The position numbers and the translations under genes are program-made. A stretch of 64,000 nucleotides of DNA from an uncultured Bacilli bacterium (lineage in GTDB: Bacteria; Bacillota_I; Bacilli_A; RFN20; CAG-826), in NCBI GenBank assembly GCA_934168325.1, contig CAKPNG010000004.1, forward strand, positions 873 to 64,872, read 5' to 3'. Shown in pieces: positions 46,844 to 56,203 of the stretch (positions are counted from its first letter, which is position 1; every line of letters starts with the position of its first letter). The notes beneath the pieces are model-generated. The model searched no databases. It saw only the letters and a list, made by a program, of their open reading frames with translations, and was not told where the DNA came from.

Positions 46844-48748
46844 ATGAATAAATGCAAAAAAGCATTATCAATGTTAGTTGGTTTAACTTCTATTTTTTCT
46901 ATGACTGCTTGTAATAGTATAAAAGCAACCAAAAAAACTGGTTCTTTACTCGACTATACTACAAGCGATGGAACTAAAGTAGATTTCACTACTAACGATC
47001 TTCTCATCAATTATTTTGAAGAAAATTCTGCTTCTACTAGCGATGTTTATAATATTGTCTATGAAGCAATGTTAAAGAAATACTTTGAAAAAGAAGAAAA
47101 CAAAACAACCTTAACAGAACTTGAACGTAAAGCTAAAGATGACGTCAAAAAGAAAAAAGATGATGCTCAAAGTAACGCTGATTCAAACAAAACAAAATAC
47201 AAAGACGAATGGGAAAAGATTCTTGATACTGAATTAAGTGATTATAAAGAAGGTAAAAGAACTGAAAAAGTACTTTATAACAAATATTTAGTCACTGCTA
47301 TGAAGTCTAAATTAAGTGATATTTTCTATGATGAATTCAAGGATTGGAACTGGAAAGATAAATATCAATCTGGAACTAAAGAATATGAATTACAAAAAGA
47401 GTTCAATATCTTTAGTGGAAATAATGGTTATCTTGAAAAAAGAATTCCATATCATGTTTCCCATATTTTAGTTAAAGTCGATGCTTCAAGTAATACAATT
47501 TATAATGGCGAAATTAGTTCTGATGATGCAAGTCAAATTTATAACGTCGTTGATCCATTAGCTCATGGCGATTTCAAATTTGGTACTGTTGCTGAAATGA
47601 ACTCAGATGACTCATCTAAATCAAGCTATGGTAATTTAGGTATTATGGATATAGCTACTAGCTTCGTTAATGAATTTAAATTAGGTATTTATATTTATGA
47701 TGCTTTATTTAATGATAATGAACAAGTTAAAGAAGCAATTAAAGGTAATCCATTCAATATGGATAGTGAAACAACTGATTATTTTGAAAAATTAGGTGTT
47801 AACTTTATTCCTTATACTGCTGTTGAAGATATTTATAAATATAGAAATACAACTTTAGATGCTCAAAATAGACAAGTTAACGATGGTAATGCTAATTATT
47901 ATCCACGTAATATCTTATTTAATAAATATTTTAATAGTCATAACATTTCCTTTATTACTAAAGAAAGTTCTGATTTTGAAAATGCAGCTGCTTTAAAACT
48001 TAATGGTAAAACTGGTAACGATGGCAAAACCTATTACACAGATTTAAATAATGGTAAATGGTCAAATGGTTCTAAACTTACTGATGCTTCATTAACTGGA
48101 TTTAAAGAAGTTACATTTAAAAATGGTGTTAAAAAAGAAATCTTATGTGATGAAAAAGGTAATCCAATTATCGTTACAAGAGCTGGAACTAGTGATTATC
48201 AAGGAATTCACTTCATTGTTGTTGAACGTGATGGATTAGAAACTACTAAAGATGGCGTAACTCTTGAACAATATTATGCTGCTGATACTCCATATTTAAC
48301 AGATGGTACAATTAATCCTAATTTCCCATTAAATAGCGATAATCAACCTCTTAATACTTATATTAATAATACAATCAGTGATTATAATACTTATAAATCA
48401 AGATCTGAAAATCTTAAAACAACTATTAAAGACTTCGATTCAACTTATGATGAAAGAGTTTATGAATGGTTATTACAAACTAGTGAACTTGGTCAAGCTG
48501 ATATTATTGTAAAATATGGTGATAAAGAAGTTAATTGGACAGAGAAAATTAATAAATATGTTTATCAACGTATTGAAAAGAATGCTTCAAGTTACACAAT
48601 TAGTGAAAATACTTGGGAAGAATATATTGATTATTTAAAGAATCAAGAAACTCAAAGAGCTACAAAATTAATTCCTGAAACTTGTGCTGTTGGTTTCTCA
48701 AGTGGTACTGGCTATGATGCCGAAGGAGTTTGTTATTATGCAAAATAA
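46844..48748 (+). CDS. PrsA-like foldase lipoprotein with a split/expanded parvulin PPIase domain
   Basis: RBS TAGGAGGA and lipobox SMTAC. Parvulin motifs are HVSHILVKV, GDFKFGTVAEMNSDDSS, GNLGIMD, FVNEF and, about 170 aa later, YQGIHFIVVER. Confidence 0.6.
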   Translation: MNKCKKALSMLVGLTSIFSMTACNSIKATKKTGSLLDYTTSDGTKVDFTTNDLLINYFEENSASTSDVYNIVYEAMLKKYFEKEENKTTLTELERKAKDDVKKKKDDAQSNADSNKTKYKDEWEKILDTELSDYKEGKRTEKVLYNKYLVTAMKSKLSDIFYDEFKDWNWKDKYQSGTKEYELQKEFNIFSGNNGYLEKRIPYHVSHILVKVDASSNTIYNGEISSDDASQIYNVVDPLAHGDFKFGTVAEMNSDDSSKSSYGNLGIMDIATSFVNEFKLGIYIYDALFNDNEQVKEAIKGNPFNMDSETTDYFEKLGVNFIPYTAVEDIYKYRNTTLDAQNRQVNDGNANYYPRNILFNKYFNSHNISFITKESSDFENAAALKLNGKTGNDGKTYYTDLNNGKWSNGSKLTDASLTGFKEVTFKNGVKKEILCDEKGNPIIVTRAGTSDYQGIHFIVVERDGLETTKDGVTLEQYYAADTPYLTDGTINPNFPLNSDNQPLNTYINNTISDYNTYKSRSENLKTTIKDFDSTYDERVYEWLLQTSELGQADIIVKYGDKEVNWTEKINKYVYQRIEKNASSYTISENTWEEYIDYLKNQETQRATKLIPETCAVGFSSGTGYDAEGVCYYAK

Positions 48749-50633
48749 AAAAATATTAGCCTTAGCATTAGCTGCCTTTGCAACTTTAGGATTAACAAGT
48801 TGTGGTAAGAAAATCTATCCTGGACTTAAAACAGATAGTATCACTATTCAAAATGGTGAAGGTGTATTTTCTAAAGATGATTTAACTTATATTTATGAAA
48901 AATTACACGATAGTAGTTCTACTCCTAGTGAAGTTAGAGATGCAATCTTATCAGAATATGCTAAAAAATATATCGGCGACTTCAAACTTAATGATGAAGG
49001 TAATGGTGTTATCTTAGTTGGTTATGATAAAACTAAAGATGGTGCTACTGTCGATGATGCTGCTAAATTAGCATTTATTAAAAAACATGAAATATATCAT
49101 GATAAAGATGCTACAACTGGTAAATATAAGACTGAAGATGAAACTTCTAGTTTAACTGATACTATTAAAGCTAGAGTTGCTACTATTAAAAACCTTATAT
49201 ATAAGAATATAGTTACTAAAATCTATAACGAAGCTAATAGTGATTCTTATAAAACAAACAATTATTTCTACGAATATAAATTTGCTAGAGCAAAATTTGA
49301 ATCAAGTAAAATCACTGGATTTGATGATGATTTAAAAGATGCTAGTACAAAAGTTAATATTTATGATAAGAAATATGAACAAGAATTAGTATTAAGTGGT
49401 AAAAACTATACAATTCCAGAAGGAACAGTATTTACTAATAAAATCTTAATTGATTCTTCAATTAGTACTGAAAATCTTAATTCTATTATCGGTAATGATA
49501 ATTCAACTGGTGTTCAAGTATTACATTTAAATTTATATGTTGATTATATTAATAGATCAGTAATGCCTGATATCTTAAATAATTTATTAATTGAACAATA
49601 TATTTATGATAATCAATACACTACATTAAGTAGAACTCAAGCTAGAAAAATTAACTATATTGCAATTACTACTACTTCTAATAATATAAATAGTGCTCGT
49701 AGATTAATTAATACATTTGTTACTAATTATATTATTAATGGTACTCCTGCTACTCAAGAAAATTACACTCCAATTGATTTTGATATCTTAGCTGATGCTT
49801 GGAAGGGTGTATATGATAAAGATGGTACTTTAAGTATTTCTGGTTCTGAAGCTGGTGAAGCTTTATTAACAGATGCTAAATCTAGATATACTAAAGTTAC
49901 TACTCATGATGAAGCTATTGGATTAGCTAGTGGCAATACAACTTCTTATATTGATGGAGTTAATCACTATTATTATCAAGATACGCAATATGGTGCATTA
50001 ATGGAAAATTTCGCAAAAATTAACCAAAATGCTCATGATTCTATATCAAATGAACAATGGAATTCATTCACTAATAGTGGAAGCTATAGTTATGAAAAAG
50101 GTTTAGAAATCAAAACTAACGATATCTTAGTTAGTGATTATACTAAAAATATTTGGGGAACTACTTCAAGTGGATTTAGTGATTTACCATCTTCAGTTAC
50201 TAATAACTTATTCGATTACATGGTATCTATCGATACTGATGTAATTCCTGGTGAAGAAGCTTCATTTAGTTCAGATTATGTTGTCTTAAAGAATGGTCGT
50301 TATTTCTTAAGAAGAAGCAATTCTCAATCTGATGATTTATTAGATAGTATCGTCATTAAAGATGGTGATAGTACTACATTCTATATCGTCGAAATTGAAG
50401 CTGCTTTATCTCAAAAGAAAATGGCTTTAAGTGCTACTACTGAAACTGGTGGTTATGATCCAATTACTAAAGAAGAAATTGCTAGAGAAGTTGGTTATAC
50501 ATTAGCTAGTGGTGATACTTATAAAAATACTGCATATTTATATTACTTAGAAAAATGTAATATTAAATATCACGATCAATCAATATTCGATTATATGAAG
50601 GAAACATATCCTGACTTATTCGATGAAGATTAA
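48738..50633 (+). CDS. Lipoprotein, probable diverged paralogue of the PrsA-like protein
   Basis: RBS AAGGAG and lipobox GLTSC. The ATG overlaps the upstream stop region. TNKILIDSS and TTFYIVEIE occupy positions equivalent to HILV and HFIVVE, but the His residues are absent. Confidence 0.5.
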   Translation: MQNKKILALALAAFATLGLTSCGKKIYPGLKTDSITIQNGEGVFSKDDLTYIYEKLHDSSSTPSEVRDAILSEYAKKYIGDFKLNDEGNGVILVGYDKTKDGATVDDAAKLAFIKKHEIYHDKDATTGKYKTEDETSSLTDTIKARVATIKNLIYKNIVTKIYNEANSDSYKTNNYFYEYKFARAKFESSKITGFDDDLKDASTKVNIYDKKYEQELVLSGKNYTIPEGTVFTNKILIDSSISTENLNSIIGNDNSTGVQVLHLNLYVDYINRSVMPDILNNLLIEQYIYDNQYTTLSRTQARKINYIAITTTSNNINSARRLINTFVTNYIINGTPATQENYTPIDFDILADAWKGVYDKDGTLSISGSEAGEALLTDAKSRYTKVTTHDEAIGLASGNTTSYIDGVNHYYYQDTQYGALMENFAKINQNAHDSISNEQWNSFTNSGSYSYEKGLEIKTNDILVSDYTKNIWGTTSSGFSDLPSSVTNNLFDYMVSIDTDVIPGEEASFSSDYVVLKNGRYFLRRSNSQSDDLLDSIVIKDGDSTTFYIVEIEAALSQKKMALSATTETGGYDPITKEEIAREVGYTLASGDTYKNTAYLYYLEKCNIKYHDQSIFDYMKETYPDLFDED

Positions 50634-50647
50634 TCTAAATTAATTTT

Positions 50648-50674
50648 AAAAAGGAGTTTGCAAAAACTCCTTTT
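50648..50674 (+). terminator. Rho-independent terminator
   Basis: AAAAGGAGTT-TGCAAA-AACTCCTTTT. Confidence 0.6.
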
Positions 50675-50699
50675 AATATAATTAAAGGAGTAAATATTT

Positions 50700-51128
50700 A
50701 TGGAAGAATTTGAAAAAAATTGTATATTTTGTAATATTGGTTTACATTTAATACCTTCAAATATTATTTATGAAGATGATGATATTTTAGCTTTTTTAGA
50801 TGTTAACCCAGCAACTTATGGACATACTTTAATTATTCCTAAAAAACATTACGATAATTTCTTAAGTTGTCCTAAAGAAGTTATGCATAAAATCATGGAT
50901 TTAGCTCAAAGAATTGGCCAAGTTTCAATTAAAGAATTAGGTGCTAAAGGTGTCAATATATTAACTAATTGTGGTGAAGCTGCTGGACAAAGTGTTAAAC
51001 ATTTCCATGTTCATGTAATTCCAAGATATGAAGCTAAAGAAGGATTCCAAATTACAATGAAAGGTAATTTAAAAGATTTAAATTTACCATCATTAGCAAT
51101 TCAAATTAAACAAGATTTAAAAAAATAA
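50700..51128 (+). CDS. HIT-family nucleotide hydrolase/transferase (Hint-like)
   Basis: Histidine triad HFHVHVIPR, the N-terminal CIFCNI zinc-like motif, and RBS AAAGGAG. Confidence 0.85.
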   Translation: MEEFEKNCIFCNIGLHLIPSNIIYEDDDILAFLDVNPATYGHTLIIPKKHYDNFLSCPKEVMHKIMDLAQRIGQVSIKELGAKGVNILTNCGEAAGQSVKHFHVHVIPRYEAKEGFQITMKGNLKDLNLPSLAIQIKQDLKK

Positions 51129-51176
51129 TAGGATTCTAAAGGCTTTTCAAATTAAATAAGCATTTTTTAGAAAATT

Positions 51177-51202
51177 AAAACCATTCTTGATTGAATGGTT
51201 TT
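51177..51202. terminator. Bidirectional terminator between the HIT gene and yhaM
   Basis: AAAACCATTC-TTGATT-GAATGGTTTT, with an A-run on one side and a T-run on the other. Confidence 0.6.
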
Positions 51203-51226
51203 TCTATATTTAAGTAATTATATTGA

Positions 51227-52159
51227 TTATTTAATTTCGTGCCTTTTATAAAAAGATGTATTATCTAAAGCAAATATACGATCAGTATATTCACCATCAT
51301 TAATATCTTTATAAGCTTTATCTAAGACCATCATTTTAGCATCCATATCGTCAATCATTGATAATAATAAAGCTTCTCTAGTTAATGGAGTAATAGGTGA
51401 TCCATATTCTTGTTTACCATGATGAGCTAATATCATATGTTCAAGTAACATTGGAATTTCTCCAGTGATATTTAAATTATCACAAGTCTCTTTAATAATA
51501 CTCATACCAATAGAAATATGACCCAATAAATTCCCTTCATTTGTATAACTTGGAGATATAGGATCACTAAATTCAATAACTTTACCAATATCATGTAATA
51601 AACATCCACTAATTAATAAATCATAGCTAACATCATTATAAATTTTACATACTTGTTCAGCTACTTTACACATACATACACTATGATGTATTAATCCATG
51701 ATAAAATTCATGATGATTTCTTACTGCAGCTGGAAAAATAATATAGTCTTTATAATATTTATCAAATATAGCATTTAATATTTGAACTAAAGTTTCATTA
51801 TGAACACTATCTTTATAATAATTAAAATCATTAATAAGTTCTTCTTCAGGAATTGGACTAGACATTATTACTGAAGAAAAATCGCAATAGTCTTTATTAG
51901 CAATATTATCAAATGCAATTCTTAATTGTAATTTATCTTTAAAAGTAGTTACATCAGCATCAATTAATAATATAGCTCCTTTTTTAAAATTTTCTAAATC
52001 TTTAGCATCTACATCCCACTTCTTACCTTCTATTGTTCCAGATTTATCTTGAAGTACAACAGAAATATAATTTTTTCCAGTAGTTGTTACACCTTTTGTA
52101 ACATCTTTAACTAAAAATACCTGTGATATAGTTTCACCTTGCTTAAAATCTTTAATCAT
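51227..52159 (-). CDS. yhaM: 3'-5' exoribonuclease YhaM (OB-fold + HD domain)
   Basis: N-terminal OB-like region plus HD motifs HHEFYHGLIHHS, LLHDIGK and LAHHG. Confidence 0.75.
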   Translation of the reverse strand: MIKDFKQGETISQVFLVKDVTKGVTTTGKNYISVVLQDKSGTIEGKKWDVDAKDLENFKKGAILLIDADVTTFKDKLQLRIAFDNIANKDYCDFSSVIMSSPIPEEELINDFNYYKDSVHNETLVQILNAIFDKYYKDYIIFPAAVRNHHEFYHGLIHHSVCMCKVAEQVCKIYNDVSYDLLISGCLLHDIGKVIEFSDPISPSYTNEGNLLGHISIGMSIIKETCDNLNITGEIPMLLEHMILAHHGKQEYGSPITPLTREALLLSMIDDMDAKMMVLDKAYKDINDGEYTDRIFALDNTSFYKRHEIK

Positions 52160-52174
52160 AACTTTTTATCTCCA

Positions 52175-53350
52175 TTAATATTTATCACGTAACGCTCTAT
52201 TATAAGCAATCATTATATTTTTATAGAAATTTTCATCACTATAATAATCAATAGTTCTTAAAGCAGCATTAATAATAGCTGCTTTTTGAGACTTATTTAA
52301 TTTTAATATATAGTTAACTTTTTCATTAAATTCATCTTGATTATTAAAATAAAAACCATTCTTTTTATCTATAACTACATTTTTTAAAAAATCAGCTTCT
52401 TTAGTTAATAATATTACTTTAGAAGCCATTGCTTCCATATAAGTTAAGCCTTGAGTTTCAGTAACTGAAGCATTTAAATAAATATCAGCTAAAGCATAAT
52501 AATTTTGAACCTGATCTTGAGGAACTTTGCCAGTAAAGATAACATCTTCTCCAATTTGTTCTTTATCTACTAATTCTTTAAGTTCTTTAAAATAAGGACC
52601 ATCTCCAACTATTAATAATTTAGCTTTCACATTATTTTTTGACATATAGTTATAAAAATATCTAACTAATACATCAAAGCTTTTTTCTTTAGCAACTCTA
52701 CCTAAACATAAAAATATTTTAGTATCATCACTAATATTTAATTCTTTCTTTAATTTATTAATTTCTTCTTTATTATTACTTGCATTTAAATATCTAGAAA
52801 AATCAAATCCGGTAGGTACTACATTAATATACTTATTAATTTTTAAAGATTGTAAATAATTTTTAGTTGCAACACTAGGAGCAATTATTTCAGTAGCATT
52901 ATTTACGTATTTTTTAGTTAATTTACGTAATAATTTCTTACCAAAAAAATCAAATAATTTCCATCCATGAGTTATATAATAAGTATAATTTTCTAGCATT
53001 GTATGGTATGTATAAACTAAAGGTATTTTAAAACGTTTAGCAGCACTATAACCAATTAAACCAACACCATATTCAGTATTAACATGAATTATATCTAAGT
53101 TAAGTTTCTTTAATTCATCCATGCTCTTCTTATTACGAGGAAATACTAAACGATAACCATAAAGTTTTTTAAGTTCTGTACCTTTAATTCTAATCAAATG
53201 TTGTTCTCTATCGATAACAGTTTTTTCTCCAGTTGTAAATAAATAAACTTCATGGCCATGTTTTTTAAGTGTATTAAATAAAGATGCACAACTAGTTGCA
53301 ACACCATTAATTTCTGGAGTAAAAGTATCAGTAAATATTGCTATTCTCAT
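52175..53350 (-). CDS. GT4 glycosyltransferase, likely diacylglycerol glucosyl/galactosyltransferase (glycolipid synthase)
   Basis: MRIAIFTDTFTPEINGVATS N-terminus and the EX7E motif (ETQGLTYME). Its size of about 390 aa matches Acholeplasma/Streptococcus MGlcDAG synthases. Confidence 0.6.
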   Translation of the reverse strand: MRIAIFTDTFTPEINGVATSCASLFNTLKKHGHEVYLFTTGEKTVIDREQHLIRIKGTELKKLYGYRLVFPRNKKSMDELKKLNLDIIHVNTEYGVGLIGYSAAKRFKIPLVYTYHTMLENYTYYITHGWKLFDFFGKKLLRKLTKKYVNNATEIIAPSVATKNYLQSLKINKYINVVPTGFDFSRYLNASNNKEEINKLKKELNISDDTKIFLCLGRVAKEKSFDVLVRYFYNYMSKNNVKAKLLIVGDGPYFKELKELVDKEQIGEDVIFTGKVPQDQVQNYYALADIYLNASVTETQGLTYMEAMASKVILLTKEADFLKNVVIDKKNGFYFNNQDEFNEKVNYILKLNKSQKAAIINAALRTIDYYSDENFYKNIMIAYNRALRDKY

Positions 53351-53352
53351 TC

Positions 53353-54711
53353 TTAATTATTTCCTTTATCATCTATTTTATCATTTTCTTCATTGTTTTT
53401 AATAGAATTTCCTTCAGATGGTTTTATTAACTTTAATCTTTTAAGTAATTCTTTTCTTTCTAAACTTTTAGTTTCGTATATTTCATCACTACTCTTTTTT
53501 CTTTCGTCATATGTTTCAAGTTGCAATGTAACAAATGTATTATTATCAAGAGAATAGAATCTTTCAGATCTTTCAACACCTTTAGTCTTATAAGTAGAAG
53601 CAACAATTGCACCAATAACAAAAGGAATATAATAAGTTAATAATCTCCAAAGTAACATAGCAGCTTTAGTTCCTTCCATCTCTACAAAAGATTTATCATA
53701 ATAATTCTTAAATAAATTAGTAAAAATAAATTCACTAACACCAGCACTACCTGGAATAGGAATTAATCCGCAAATCATAAGATGATAATTAGTAAATACT
53801 ACTGATTCAAATATTCTATTAAATATATCACTACTTGGATCATTAAAAGCGTTTAATGATAAACCAACTACATAAGGAAATGTATCATTAATTATTAAAA
53901 CTAACATAGTTACTATAAATATTAATATAGAGAAAGGAATATTTGATTGTAAACGTCTCATTTCAATACGGAAATTCTCTATTTGTATTCTTAATTCTAA
54001 ACGTTTATTTTCTATATTATTTACTATATGGAGTTTACCTAATAGGTTAACTCCATGATTTAATATGAAATTATGTAATGTTCTACTATAAGACATAATA
54101 AGCATACTAACTATCATAATAGCGTTTAATAAAAACCCTAAAATAATAAATATAACAATTGGAATATTCACATCACCAATAGTAATAATACCAATATCTA
54201 ATACTTTATCTATTCTAAATAAAGAAATTAAACCTAATATTAATAAACAACATTGATAAACTATATATTGCATAACTAAAACACTAGCAGCATTAGATAT
54301 AGGCAATCCTTGCTTTTTAAATGTAATAGCTTGAGCAAATTGTCCACCACTATTAGAACCAGGTGTAATATCATTATAAAATGTACCAATTAAAGAATTC
54401 ATTAATGCTTGATGGTATTTATATTTTCTTGTATATAATCTAGCAAAGCAAAATAAAGCAAAAGCAGTTAATGAATGCGATAAAATTAAAATACCTAAAA
54501 ATATAAAGAAATATTTAATATCAATATCTAAAATCATCTTACCAACTGCTTTAATAGTTGGCATTTCAACACCTTGATATTTAGTATTTCCTCTTAAAGA
54601 AAGAAATAAAACTAAAGTAGTTAAACCAAAAATAAGAAATAAATATAATAAATATTTCCCTATTTTATTTTTACTATCTTTCTTTTTTTCTAAGATATCT
54701 TTTTCTTGCAT
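53353..54711 (-). CDS. Flippase-like membrane protein (LPG_synthase_TM / UPF0104 family)
   Basis: About 8 TM helices with paired motifs ITPGSNSGGQFAQ and IPIPGSAGVSEF. The gene abuts the glycosyltransferase gene. Confidence 0.5.
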   Translation of the reverse strand: MQEKDILEKKKDSKNKIGKYLLYLFLIFGLTTLVLFLSLRGNTKYQGVEMPTIKAVGKMILDIDIKYFFIFLGILILSHSLTAFALFCFARLYTRKYKYHQALMNSLIGTFYNDITPGSNSGGQFAQAITFKKQGLPISNAASVLVMQYIVYQCCLLILGLISLFRIDKVLDIGIITIGDVNIPIVIFIILGFLLNAIMIVSMLIMSYSRTLHNFILNHGVNLLGKLHIVNNIENKRLELRIQIENFRIEMRRLQSNIPFSILIFIVTMLVLIINDTFPYVVGLSLNAFNDPSSDIFNRIFESVVFTNYHLMICGLIPIPGSAGVSEFIFTNLFKNYYDKSFVEMEGTKAAMLLWRLLTYYIPFVIGAIVASTYKTKGVERSERFYSLDNNTFVTLQLETYDERKKSSDEIYETKSLERKELLKRLKLIKPSEGNSIKNNEENDKIDDKGNN

Positions 54712-54737
54712 ACAATATAAAATCTTCGTTTAATTTT

Positions 54738-54768
54738 GAAAAACTATTCTAAATAAGAATAATTTTTC
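54738..54768 (-). terminator. Hairpin terminator after the Ntn-hydrolase gene
   Basis: GAAAAACTATTCT-AAATA-AGAATAATTTTTC, with 12 of 13 positions paired. Confidence 0.45.
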
Positions 54769-54823
54769 TAAATTGCTCTTTAATATTATATATTAAAGTA
54801 ATATAAAATCATTATTAATTTAT

Positions 54824-55798
54824 CTAATTTTGATTAATGAACGAACACTTATTTTTCATTTCAAAAACTATTAATTCTTTTTTATTAAGATCTTCTTTAA
54901 ACATATCTATCTTATTAATATCAAAAGAATCATAAGTTTTATAATACATTATTCCTTTATTAACATTATAACAATCACTATAAATTGTATATTCATACAT
55001 ATTTTTATTTACTTCACAAACTCCTTTTTGTTGTTCAACACTTAATAAAATATGAAAGAATTGATTAACAGAAGTTTCTTCGTCCATTCCTTTTAATGCA
55101 TTCTCCTTAGTAAATAAAACCTTAATAAATCTAGACATACTAGATAAATCTCCAGGTATACCAATAGCACCTTGTCCTCTAGAATAATCTATTAATTTAA
55201 GTTTTTTAGAGAACTCATTTTTAGGATTTTTATTAGACATCTTCATGTAGTTATTTACATTAAAAGATTGAATTTCAAAAGGTGGATTATTAGTTAAAAC
55301 TCCATAAGGATTATCAAATATTTTAATACCATCTTTTCTTATTTCTAATACTATTGATTGACGATTATCACTTATTAAATAATGTAATTGAGAAGGCTTT
55401 AAATTTTCACTAAACCCTTCTTTAGTTACATTAATTTTCTTGAATAGAGTTTTCACTTCTTTTATATTTTGACAATTAATTAAGATATAAGGAATAATTT
55501 CAAATGAGGTGATATTTGTCTTATTTTCTATATAATTATTATAAACTGTATTACCTGCAAAATTTAATCCAGCTATACATAATCCTTTCTCGTTCATTGC
55601 ATCATAAAATAATGGATAATCATTAATTACATGAGCCACTCCAATTATTGCATAATGATTATCATTTGAATCTAAATGTCTAAATTTAAAATTATAATTT
55701 CTAGGACAAATTACAATCGATTCACCATAAGAAAAATCATAATCCAAATTACGTCCAAAATAAAAATCATTACTATTAAATGCTAAACCAGTACACAT
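54824..55798 (-). CDS. Choloylglycine hydrolase family Ntn amidase (bile salt hydrolase / penicillin V acylase-like)
   Basis: MCTGLAF gives Cys2 as the nucleophile after Met removal. Also FGRNLDYDF, about 324 aa, and NPPF near residue 170. Confidence 0.8.
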   Translation of the reverse strand: MCTGLAFNSNDFYFGRNLDYDFSYGESIVICPRNYNFKFRHLDSNDNHYAIIGVAHVINDYPLFYDAMNEKGLCIAGLNFAGNTVYNNYIENKTNITSFEIIPYILINCQNIKEVKTLFKKINVTKEGFSENLKPSQLHYLISDNRQSIVLEIRKDGIKIFDNPYGVLTNNPPFEIQSFNVNNYMKMSNKNPKNEFSKKLKLIDYSRGQGAIGIPGDLSSMSRFIKVLFTKENALKGMDEETSVNQFFHILLSVEQQKGVCEVNKNMYEYTIYSDCYNVNKGIMYYKTYDSFDINKIDMFKEDLNKKELIVFEMKNKCSFINQN

Positions 55799-55869
55799 AA
55801 TTTAACCTCCACTACAACTATTTTAACAAATTAAGTTAAAGATGTATCAAATTATGTTAATATAAACAT

Positions 55870-56166
55870 ATGGAACAAAATGAATTAATATTTGGAATTA
55901 AACGTTTTATAAATAAAATTAGATTTTATAGTCAGACTCGAACATGCGAAGAATTATTAAACGATCAATTATCATTTGATGCAATATGTTATTGCTTAAT
56001 AATGCTTAATTATTGTTTAGATCAATTAGATGAAAAGTTACTAAAAGAATTAAATTTAGAAACATTAAAAGATAACATTACTAAAGCAATTAAGATAGGT
56101 GAATATATAAATATTGAAATTTTAAATAAATTATTAGTTGATATAATACCTAATTTAAATATTTAA
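55870..56166 (+). CDS. Small helical protein, possibly a degenerate DUF86/HepT-like domain
   Basis: The helix pattern IKRFINKIRFY...LNDQLSFDAICYCL...LDQL resembles DUF86. At the position of the RX4HXY nuclease motif it reads KAIKIGEY, and the protein contains no His. Confidence 0.3.
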   Translation: MEQNELIFGIKRFINKIRFYSQTRTCEELLNDQLSFDAICYCLIMLNYCLDQLDEKLLKELNLETLKDNITKAIKIGEYINIEILNKLLVDIIPNLNI

Positions 56167-56175
56167 ATTTTAAAA

Positions 56176-56203
56176 AATAATAAGGGTTTTGCAGAGTTTT
56201 TAA
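56176..56203 (+). repeat. Copy D of the dispersed motif family (intergenic, between convergent genes)
   Basis: AATAATAAGGGTTTTGCAGAGTTTTTAA. It can also pair with AAAAACCTCT at 56206-56215, so it may double as the ffh terminator. Confidence 0.5.
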
